Shown: positions 45,679 through 52,814 of the stretch, one piece after another
Numbering within the stretch: position 1 is the first letter of the stretch
Layout of the letters: each line of letters begins with the position of its first letter
Source of the DNA: Candidatus Omnitrophota bacterium
GTDB lineage: Bacteria; Omnitrophota; Gorgyraeia; Zapsychrales; JAHFFX01
Reading direction: 5' to 3'
NCBI GenBank assembly: GCA_023247755.1
Contig: JAHFFX010000001.1
Coordinates: forward strand, 1 to 56,510
DNA: 56,510 bases
Position numbers and translations under genes: made by a program
Notes under the pieces: model-generated
Told to the model about the DNA's origin: nothing
Database searches by the model: none
Seen by the model: only the letters and a program-made list of their open reading frames with translations

Positions 45679-46280
45679 TCTTTGGAATATTTCACTAGGT
45701 CGATATCGATCTGGGCCGAGACGGATTCCTTATCCTCCTCGGCGGAAGCGGCTTCACCGCTGTTGGTCGTTTGCGCCTTCGCGGCGCTGGTCCACCGGTC
45801 CACCCTGAGGTTCTCCGAGCTCTCTTCGATGCTCCGGATGAAAGTCACCATATCCTGGTAATTATTGGCCGTCACGTTCAGGCTTAGAATGGTTAGTGTA
45901 TGGAATTTCTTTTTGATCTCCTTGGGCGGCGAGAAATTGGAGATCTGAATGCTGTGCTCGCCGGCCAATTCCGTCACCCGGCCCATCAGGTCATCCGTTG
46001 GAAGCCCTGGGGGAAGATCGGCCAGGAACTGCGAATACTCCTTTTGAAGATCATCATGGGCTTTGATGCGGGCGACCTTTTTTCCCAATTCTTGGATCTT
46101 TTCCTGAACCTTCTTTTCTTCCAGAAGTCCGCCGGCAACAACTTTGATCAGGATGAAAAATGAAATACCGGTGATGATGAGTTGGATCAGAAGGTCGGGC
46201 TTTTGCAGAAGATTTTCCTGGATCTTCGCAAGGTCGATGTCTTTAATATTAATTTTGCTGAGATCTGAGATTTTCATCAC
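45675..46280 (-). CDS. pilO: PilO/GspM-like bitopic pilus alignment protein
   Basis: 201 aa with a short cytoplasmic N-terminus, one TM (LLIQLIITGISFFILIKVVAGGL), a coiled coil and a ferredoxin-like C-terminal region. The position between pilMN and the pilP-like gene supports the call. Confidence 0.6.
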   Translation of the reverse strand: MMKISDLSKINIKDIDLAKIQENLLQKPDLLIQLIITGISFFILIKVVAGGLLEEKKVQEKIQELGKKVARIKAHDDLQKEYSQFLADLPPGLPTDDLMGRVTELAGEHSIQISNFSPPKEIKKKFHTLTILSLNVTANNYQDMVTFIRSIEESSENLRVDRWTSAAKAQTTNSGEAASAEEDKESVSAQIDIDLVKYSKE

Positions 46281-46282
46281 GA

Positions 46283-47857
46283 TTATTCGCAGTCGATCTT
46301 AAAAGCCGTCACCTGATAATTTTCCATGGGTTGAGCATTGGCGGAGAGTTCAACCTTGTGGAAATTCTTCGCAAAGAAAGGGTCGGTTTTTAACTTCACT
46401 TTGTAGTTATTGAGGAGGCGTAGCTGTTGATTAGGGTTGCTGTCGTAAGCATAGCCGGTGAAATTCAAGGTAATCCGATAGGTCATTTTTTGTTGGTCAG
46501 CTTCCGATTCGGCCGGGAGTCCCCATAAGAAGTTGAGCTCGGCTTTGGTGATATCCACATATTGGACCTGCAGATTGCTGAGCCAAACCCCCGGGGGAAG
46601 AGTTTTCGGAATCTTGGTAAGCAGGAAAGTCATGTGGCTGGTGGTGCGGATGGTTTTATAATCGTCCAGTCTGTCCTGAACAGATTTGATCTTCTCTTCG
46701 ATCTGCTCAACGGGAAGATCTTTGAAAATCCCTCCCTGTTCGGTAAGCTTTTGCAATTTGCTTTTTGAACCGCCGATCAATAAGTTGCTTCCGACGAAAG
46801 CCATGATCAATAGCCCTGCGCAGACGCCGGCGGTCTTGGCTATCGCGAGGATATTTTCTTTTGACAGCTTGAATTGGAACTCGGATTTTGACGTTTTGCT
46901 CACCGGTTGCGTCAAAAAGTCAAACTTTATCGCGAGCGGCACCGAATCCCGCAGGCTCACGCCGAAGGCGTTGAGCAGATCGATGGAGACGACCTCCGGC
47001 AAGTTAAGGGTCTCTTTGACTCCAACGGAAGTCGCGGGGATCCCCAGATCATTGCCGATATTTTGGGCCATTTCGGCGGATTCGGTCTCTGACACGGTGA
47101 TGATGCTGGTGACCTTTTCTTGATTGTATTGGCGGCCGTAATAATCCAGCGAGATGCGGATTTCGTTGAAAAGGCGGGCGTTGGCAATCTCCGGATCGGC
47201 GTCCTCTTTGGTCTGGTTCGCCGGGGACAACTTGAAGTCCCGGATGAACTGGGGCATCCCGTGATCGACGATGGTGATTTTTCCTTCCTTCTGGTTAGTT
47301 TCCACAACGGCGATTTTCTGGTCCAGGGGAAGTTTGTTCTTGAAGATGAGAACCCGCACCAAACTTAAGGACGACGGCTCGATGAAGGTGACCTTTAGGC
47401 CGGCTTGTCCAAGGACGTTGCAGTATTTATACAGGATGTCGTTGCGGGCCGCGACGAAGAGCACGCGGATCTTGCGGATGGCCTTTTCGTTAAACGTTAC
47501 CGGATGAAATGTATAAGCAACCTCCTCCAGTTTGAAGGGGATATATTTTCTCGCTTCGAATTCGACCACGTTCTTGACCTCGCTGGCATGCACCCAGGGG
47601 ATCACAAAGGAACGGAATATGATGTCCTTGGCGGGGATCGCCAGACTGGCATCGCCGGGCAGTATCTTTTGTTCACGCAGGTTCTTTTGGATCAGGGCGG
47701 TGATGCGGATCTCCTCGGGAACGTCTTTGCTCGCAGCGCTGGGCTGCGGTTCGAAGAGACTGTGGGGGGCGGAAAAATACTTGGCCGGAGTTTGATTTTC
47801 CGACTCCACGATGGAGAAGATTTGATTGCCGAAATGGACTCCCAGCCTTTTAGTCAT
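46283..47857 (-). CDS. PilM (actin-like ATPase fold) - PilN fusion protein
   Basis: Start refined to MTKRLGVHFGN (ATG at 47857). An ~330-aa PilM-like cytoplasmic domain is followed by a single TM (ILAIAKTAGVCAGLLIMAFVGSNLLIGG) and a ~170-aa PilN/GspL-periplasmic-like domain. Confidence 0.7.
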   Translation of the reverse strand: MTKRLGVHFGNQIFSIVESENQTPAKYFSAPHSLFEPQPSAASKDVPEEIRITALIQKNLREQKILPGDASLAIPAKDIIFRSFVIPWVHASEVKNVVEFEARKYIPFKLEEVAYTFHPVTFNEKAIRKIRVLFVAARNDILYKYCNVLGQAGLKVTFIEPSSLSLVRVLIFKNKLPLDQKIAVVETNQKEGKITIVDHGMPQFIRDFKLSPANQTKEDADPEIANARLFNEIRISLDYYGRQYNQEKVTSIITVSETESAEMAQNIGNDLGIPATSVGVKETLNLPEVVSIDLLNAFGVSLRDSVPLAIKFDFLTQPVSKTSKSEFQFKLSKENILAIAKTAGVCAGLLIMAFVGSNLLIGGSKSKLQKLTEQGGIFKDLPVEQIEEKIKSVQDRLDDYKTIRTTSHMTFLLTKIPKTLPPGVWLSNLQVQYVDITKAELNFLWGLPAESEADQQKMTYRITLNFTGYAYDSNPNQQLRLLNNYKVKLKTDPFFAKNFHKVELSANAQPMENYQVTAFKIDCE

Positions 47858-48038
47858 GATTTTGCGAAGAGGTTCGGGTTTGCGACCGAAGCCAGCGGTC
47901 GATCTCTTTTTTGTCAAAACGCCAGACGCCGCCGATCTTCATGCCCGTTATCTTATTGTCGCTGAGCCAGTTATAAATCGTCTGCTTTTTAAGCTTAAGA
48001 TAGCGGGCCAATTCCCCAACGTCCATGAGATGACGCAT
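47850..48038 (-). CDS. small stand-alone HTH_17 (excisionase/AlpA-like) DNA-binding protein heading the pilus operon
   Basis: 62 aa from MRHLMDVGELARYLKLKKQTIYNWLSDNKITGMKIGGVWRFDKKEIDRWL. There is an 8-nt overlap with pilMN. Confidence 0.65.
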   Translation of the reverse strand: MRHLMDVGELARYLKLKKQTIYNWLSDNKITGMKIGGVWRFDKKEIDRWLRSQTRTSSQNHD

Positions 48039-48080
48039 AGGCACCTGTGGCGAGATTAACAAAATAATATTATTAATCTC

Positions 48081-48109
48081 ATTAGACTATAACGCTTTTA
48101 CTTTGTCAA
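48081..48109 (-). promoter_or_regulatory. candidate promoter of the HTH-pil operon (TTGACA-17 nt-TCTAAT)
   Basis: Minus strand TTGACA (48109-48104), a 17-nt spacer, then TCTAAT (48086-48081), ~45 nt upstream of the HTH ATG. Confidence 0.4.
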
Positions 48110-48127
48110 ACGGATTTCCAAATTATT

Positions 48128-48157
48128 TGCGGGAAAATGCGGGAAATTGGGGAAAAT
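48128..48157. repeat. three tandem 10-nt repeats (TGCGGGAAAA TGCGGGAAAT TGGGGAAAAT) just upstream of the candidate pil promoter
   Basis: The exact 10-nt period was seen directly. The array lies ~20-50 nt upstream of the -35 hexamer on the transcribed side. Confidence 0.6.
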
Positions 48158-48498
48158 CAATAATTGGAGGAAGTTGAAATGATGGGCAGGGTTCCGCTAA
48201 GGCCGCTGCCGGCCGTTCCGTAGCCGGCAGTTATAGTGTAATCCTTTCCGTCAAGACTCAGGGGGTAAGTGCCGCCTCCGAAGGTGATTCCTCTGTATGC
48301 CAGGTCGAAATAGTAAAGATTTATGGCGGTCTGCCACTGTTCATTCTTGATGCGGTCGATCTGGCGTTGGCCGATGGTGATCTGGCTGACGTTGGTGCTC
48401 ACGATGCCGATGACGAAGATCATCATGATCGCGGTGACGGACAGGACCGTCAGCAGGATGATTCCTTGTTTGTTCTTGGCGGAGCGTTCAGTGCTCAC
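48157..48498 (-). CDS. PilX/GspK-like minor pseudopilin-like protein (no Glu+5)
   Basis: Start refined to GTG at 48498, forming a GTGA overlap with the upstream stop. The product is VSTERSAKNKQGIILLTVLSVTAIMMIFVIGIVSTNV..., with the hydrophobic N-terminal helix typical of PilX_N/GspK, then a small Gly/Thr-rich beta domain. Confidence 0.5.
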   Translation of the reverse strand: MSTERSAKNKQGIILLTVLSVTAIMMIFVIGIVSTNVSQITIGQRQIDRIKNEQWQTAINLYYFDLAYRGITFGGGTYPLSLDGKDYTITAGYGTAGSGLSGTLPIISTSSNY

Positions 48499-48740
48499 GG
48501 TTTCCGGCCCTCTCCCGGGTTGACGGACAGATAACTTTGACAACGCGGACATACCTTCAAATGAGATCTCTGGTAGTCGAAAAACAGGTGCGTGCAATAA
48601 GGACATTGCTCCAAGAATTCGGAGCGCTCAAAGATCTCTTTGTCCCCGTTAGAATTATAAAATATCCATTTTCCAATAACAAGCGCGAGCCCAAAAAAGA
48701 TATAGCTGGAAACGGCCCAGGCCGCATCGACGGAGATCAT
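48495..48740 (-). CDS. small membrane protein with cytoplasmic CxxC-x14-CxxC zinc ribbon
   Basis: 81 aa with the TM segment AWAVSSYIFFGLALVIGKWIF followed by CPYC...(14 aa)...CPRC. There are 4-nt overlaps with both neighbours. Confidence 0.55.
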   Translation of the reverse strand: MISVDAAWAVSSYIFFGLALVIGKWIFYNSNGDKEIFERSEFLEQCPYCTHLFFDYQRSHLKVCPRCQSYLSVNPGEGRKP

Positions 48741-49156
48741 TGGGTCGTCCTCAGGGGGATGTATTCCGGGGCCGCTTCGGGGGAGTTTTGGGGGCTGGCG
48801 GGGGACTCTTCGGATCCCGTCCCGTTTTCTTCCGCTTCGGGGGAAGCGGTCTTGAGATAGGTCTTTTCATCTCGAAATTCCGGGCGTTTTTGAGCGGCCG
48901 GTTTATCCAAGCGACCCGGCTGTTGGAACGCCGCGGGGGTTTTGTCAAGTGAACGGTCTTCTCCCCGGAATTTGTCGCGCGTCCCTCCCCCATGCTCCTG
49001 AAAATCGACGTCTTGCCGCTGCAGGATGGAACCGAGAAAGGTGAAGGCCGGTCGCCGCGGCTCGCTCCGGGGCCGGAAAGTGAAGATGAAGACCGATCCG
49101 GCAAGCAGGTGGAACACGATCGAGAACAGCAGCGTATTGGTGAAATGCGGTTTCAT
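48737..49156 (-). CDS. TonB/TolA-like energy-transducer stub (N-terminal anchor + Pro/Glu/Arg-rich linker, no recognisable C-terminal domain)
   Basis: 139 aa. The N-terminal TM segment TLLFSIVFHLLAGSVFIF contains the SxxxH motif of TonB/TolA anchors. The remainder is low complexity. It sits immediately after the ExbB/ExbD-type genes. Confidence 0.5.
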   Translation of the reverse strand: MKPHFTNTLLFSIVFHLLAGSVFIFTFRPRSEPRRPAFTFLGSILQRQDVDFQEHGGGTRDKFRGEDRSLDKTPAAFQQPGRLDKPAAQKRPEFRDEKTYLKTASPEAEENGTGSEESPASPQNSPEAAPEYIPLRTTQ

Positions 49157-49170
49157 CAGGGGTGCCGGGG

Positions 49171-49575
49171 TTATTGCTCTTCGTTAGTGGCGATGTTGAT
49201 GCGCTCTATGCCGAGTTCACGGCAAAGATTCCAGACCTCAACGATCCGGCCCACGGAAGATCGCCGGTCCGCCTTGATCAGCAGCAGACGATTCTTGGAA
49301 GTGAGTTTGGCCAGTTCCCTGCGAAGTTCCTGCGAGGTCAGGATCTGGTTGTTGAAGGACAGCACATCTTCGCCGGAAATGATGACGACGATGCTTTCTT
49401 CCTTGATGATGTCGCTGGTGATCGTGCGGGGCAATTTGACGTTGATGCCTGCCTGGACCGCAAAGGCGGACGTCAGCATGAAGAATATGAGCAGTTGAAA
49501 AACGACATCTACCCAGGGGACGATGTCGATCGGTCCCAGCCCGTATTCCATGGGGGCTCGGCGTTCAAATCTCAA
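49171..49575 (-). CDS. ExbD/TolR-family biopolymer transport protein
   Basis: 134 aa with IDIVPWVDVVFQLLIFFMLTSAF (the conserved Asp-containing TM) followed by a periplasmic domain. Confidence 0.88.
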   Translation of the reverse strand: MRFERRAPMEYGLGPIDIVPWVDVVFQLLIFFMLTSAFAVQAGINVKLPRTITSDIIKEESIVVIISGEDVLSFNNQILTSQELRRELAKLTSKNRLLLIKADRRSSVGRIVEVWNLCRELGIERINIATNEEQ

Positions 49576-50254
49576 GCGAAGGTTCCCCTCTTTTGATCTT
49601 TTTAGCGTAATCGGTCTGGGATAACTGCGTTAAAAAATTGACCATCTCGGTCGCGGCCCGTTCCATCTCCAGAACTATGCCGTTGGTGCGGCTCACGCAA
49701 TAATTGTAGGCCAGGTAGGCGGGGATCGCGACCAGCAGTCCGGCCACGGTGGTGATCAGCGCCTCCCAGATCCCGCCGGCAAGATCGATCGGGCTTATCG
49801 GATTCAGGGCGGTGGCTTTCACCTGAATGGTGTGAAAACTTTCGGCAAGGCCAATGACCGTTCCCAGGAGGCCAAGCAAAGGAGCGATATGCGCGATTGT
49901 CGAAAGGATTCCCAGACGCTGTTCCATTCTCGGAATTTCGTAAAGACTGACGCTTTCCATGGCTTCTTTGATCTCTTCGGCGGTCGTTCCGGATTGCAGG
50001 ATCGCCGCTTTCAATATCTTGGCGACCGGCGAAGCATGGTCTTCACAGCGTTTTACGGCCTCTTTGGTCCGGTTGTCCTTCAGGTCGTTGAAAATGTCGG
50101 ATTTCAACTGGTTCAGGTTGCCCTTCAACGTCGAGAGATACCAGAGTTTTTCGACCATGACGGCCACGGCGAACAAGGAGCACAACAAGATCGGCGCCAT
50201 GAGTGGCCCCCCTGCTTTGATCAACTCCCAGCCGTTCATTCCCCACGCACCCAT
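49565..50254 (-). CDS. MotA/TolQ/ExbB-family proton channel
   Basis: Start refined to MGAWGMNGWELIKAGGPLM (ATG at 50254, AAAGGAGAACCT upstream). It has three TM segments and the conserved C-terminal region IAPLLGLLGTVIGL..GGIWEALITTVAGLLVAIPA. Confidence 0.9.
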   Translation of the reverse strand: MGAWGMNGWELIKAGGPLMAPILLCSLFAVAVMVEKLWYLSTLKGNLNQLKSDIFNDLKDNRTKEAVKRCEDHASPVAKILKAAILQSGTTAEEIKEAMESVSLYEIPRMEQRLGILSTIAHIAPLLGLLGTVIGLAESFHTIQVKATALNPISPIDLAGGIWEALITTVAGLLVAIPAYLAYNYCVSRTNGIVLEMERAATEMVNFLTQLSQTDYAKKIKRGEPSLEI

Positions 50255-50282
50255 AGGTTCTCCTTTAACTCCTGATGAAGTT

Positions 50283-52814
50283 TTATTGAATGCCGATGTT
50301 GGATTGGATCCAGTCGAGACGTTCCTGGGCGAATTTGACCTCATCGGTGCCCAGTGCGATGACCTTCTGGTAAATCGTTTTGGCGTTCGCCCAATCTTCC
50401 TGATTCTCGAAGATGCGGCCCACGCGTAAATAGGCCTTGGTCACCCAGTAGGTCTCTTTGGGATAGAGGTAAGGGATCTTCAGATAAGCCTCCACGGATT
50501 CGTTGGTCTTGTTCATGAGCTCATAAACGTCCCCGGTCTTGAATTGCAGTTCGGCATTGGTGATCTCGCTGAGGCCCAATTCGGAATTCAGGGCCTGCTC
50601 GAGCGCCGCCCGCGCGTCCTCGAATTTCCGGTCGGTGATGTACGCCGCGGAGATCTTCAGATACGCGTCCCGCTTCATTTCCGGGCAATTGACGGCGATG
50701 GTCTTGTAGGTCTCGATGGCGGTGGTGAGGTCCAATTCCTTGGAAAAGATCTCGGCGATGGCGAGCTTGGCCTTGGCGTACAGTTCCTTGTCCTGCGGAT
50801 CGTCGATCACTTTGTATTCATTGATGGCCTTGTCGAAAAATCCCTGTACCTGATAGGCCTGCCCCAATTTGTAATGCGCGAGGGAAAGCTGTTTGTTGTT
50901 GGGGAAGTTCGCGATGACCTGCTGATAGAAGTCGATGGCGCTCTCGAACTCGGAATTCTCCAAATAATAATCCCCCAGCCACATCATGGCGTTGAGGGCG
51001 GTTTCCGTCTGCGGATATTTGTAGATGATGATCTTGAACTTCTTGACGGCCTCTTTTGCGTCACCGGTCTTGTACAGCGCCTTGGCGCTACCCAGCTCGC
51101 TTTGCTGGGTGAGCGTCGGGTCATCCGTGAAATCCCGGATGATCTTGTCGAACGTCTTGAGGGCCCCGGCGGAATCTTCCAGGTTATACTGGGAAAGCGC
51201 GAGGATGTAATGGGCCTCGGGGATGAGTTCAGGGCTCGAGGAAGTCTCTTTAAGGAAGCTTTCCACCTGCTCCTTGGTCCTGGCCCAATCGTTTTTCTTG
51301 AAATAGGCCACCCCCAGATAATACAAGCTGTCCGTCAGAAATTTGCTTTTGGGGAAATTGGCGCGCAAGGTCTGGAAGGAAAGGGTCGCGGCATCGATCT
51401 TGCCCATCTTCAGCAACGCGATCCCCTGTCGGTACTGGACGTAATCGCTGTAAAGACTGTCGGGATAATTCTGCAGGATCCGGTCGTAAACCTCCAGCGC
51501 TTTGTCCAGATTGCCGGCGTCCTGATAGGCGTCGCCGATCTGGGTCAAGGCCGAGACCTTGACGGTCTTGTTGTCGGTACGGTCCATGATCATCTCGAAG
51601 TTTTTGATGGCCGCATCGATCTGGCCGCTTTTGAGCTGGGCCCAGGCCAGGCCGAAATACGCCTTCTCGATCAATTCCTTCTGGTCCTCCTGCGCCGCGA
51701 AATTTTGCAGGAGCGTCGTGTAGGTGGCGATGGCGGCCGGGTAATCCTTCAGCATGTACTGCATATTGGCCTTCCCGAGATAGGCGTCGACCAGGCGCGG
51801 GCTTTTGGGAAAATTGTCGATGAGGGTGTTATAGGCCTCCAGGGCCTTCGCGTGGTCGCCCATCTCGGTATAAAGACTGGCCTCCCCCAGAAAAATATCG
51901 TCGGAAAGCATTTTTTTCTCGCCCGCCGTCGCTTTGGCGTCCGCAAAGGCCTGCTGGGCGTTGGGGTAATCGCCCTTTTTGAAGAAACTCCAGCCCATGC
52001 TCACCTTGGCCATGACGACCAGTTTGGGATCGAGGGAGATCTGCGAAGCCTTGCCGTAGTAGGTGATGGCTTCCGAGTAATTGGGTTGATAGTAATAGGA
52101 TTCGGCAATGTAAAAGAAGGCCTGATCCTGGCGGTTGGATTTGGGGTACTTGATGATATAGTCCTGGAACCGTTCGATGGCCTCGGCGTAGGAACGAAGA
52201 TTGTATTCGCATTCGCCGGCCTTGAAGTGCGCGTCCTCGGTCAACTGGTGCTCGGGGAATTTCTGGATGAGTTCCTTGAAGGTGTCGAGGGCCAGGAGGT
52301 ATTTTTTCTGCTCGAAGTAGGTCCAGGCGAGCGAGTAGAAGGACTGCGGCGTGTAAGGGGATTTCGGGAAGAGATTGATGACTTCCTTATAATACTGTTC
52401 CGCCTTGGCGAAATCGGAGCCCTTGAGGTACGTTTCCCCCAGCCAGAAGAGCGTCGCGTCCTTGAACTCCTGGGAATCGGTCAGCCCCTGGAAGATCTCG
52501 AACGCTTTGAGGTATTGGGTTTTGAAGAAATAACATTGACCTATGAGCAGCTTCGCCTGCGTCTTTTTTTCCGACTCCGGATATTTTTCCAGGAAATCGT
52601 TGATGTAACGGATGGCTACGTCGTAAAACCCGTCGTCGAAGGCCCGCTGGGCGATGACGAAGAGCTCTTTCTCCTGCTCTCCCGGCGCGGCGGCCGATTG
52701 AGCGCGAACCGCCGTTGGCGATAGGAACATCAGGGCGAGAAGGATGGGAAGCGATCGGTTGCGAAGGGTGATGAACATGAGGCCCATTATAACAGGTTTG
52801 GATTCATTTTCCAA
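50283..52814 (-). CDS. large secreted tetratricopeptide-repeat (TPR) protein
   Basis: 843 aa with a signal peptide ([16 protein letters not shown]), then uninterrupted TPR-like 34-aa units (many ..A...Y..G..Y....Y..A...F..... repeats; YbgF/CpoB- or PilF/PilW-like). Confidence 0.85.
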   Translation of the reverse strand: MENESKPVIMGLMFITLRNRSLPILLALMFLSPTAVRAQSAAAPGEQEKELFVIAQRAFDDGFYDVAIRYINDFLEKYPESEKKTQAKLLIGQCYFFKTQYLKAFEIFQGLTDSQEFKDATLFWLGETYLKGSDFAKAEQYYKEVINLFPKSPYTPQSFYSLAWTYFEQKKYLLALDTFKELIQKFPEHQLTEDAHFKAGECEYNLRSYAEAIERFQDYIIKYPKSNRQDQAFFYIAESYYYQPNYSEAITYYGKASQISLDPKLVVMAKVSMGWSFFKKGDYPNAQQAFADAKATAGEKKMLSDDIFLGEASLYTEMGDHAKALEAYNTLIDNFPKSPRLVDAYLGKANMQYMLKDYPAAIATYTTLLQNFAAQEDQKELIEKAYFGLAWAQLKSGQIDAAIKNFEMIMDRTDNKTVKVSALTQIGDAYQDAGNLDKALEVYDRILQNYPDSLYSDYVQYRQGIALLKMGKIDAATLSFQTLRANFPKSKFLTDSLYYLGVAYFKKNDWARTKEQVESFLKETSSSPELIPEAHYILALSQYNLEDSAGALKTFDKIIRDFTDDPTLTQQSELGSAKALYKTGDAKEAVKKFKIIIYKYPQTETALNAMMWLGDYYLENSEFESAIDFYQQVIANFPNNKQLSLAHYKLGQAYQVQGFFDKAINEYKVIDDPQDKELYAKAKLAIAEIFSKELDLTTAIETYKTIAVNCPEMKRDAYLKISAAYITDRKFEDARAALEQALNSELGLSEITNAELQFKTGDVYELMNKTNESVEAYLKIPYLYPKETYWVTKAYLRVGRIFENQEDWANAKTIYQKVIALGTDEVKFAQERLDWIQSNIGIQ

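Noticed and set aside
47850-48038. Excisionase-type HTH_17 genes (three in the window), together with tRNA genes, as markers of an integrated prophage or genomic island.
   Set aside because: No integrase, recombinase, transposase, phage structural gene or duplicated tRNA 3' end (att-like direct repeat) is visible. The HTH genes are translationally coupled to cellular genes (bactofilin, pilMN).
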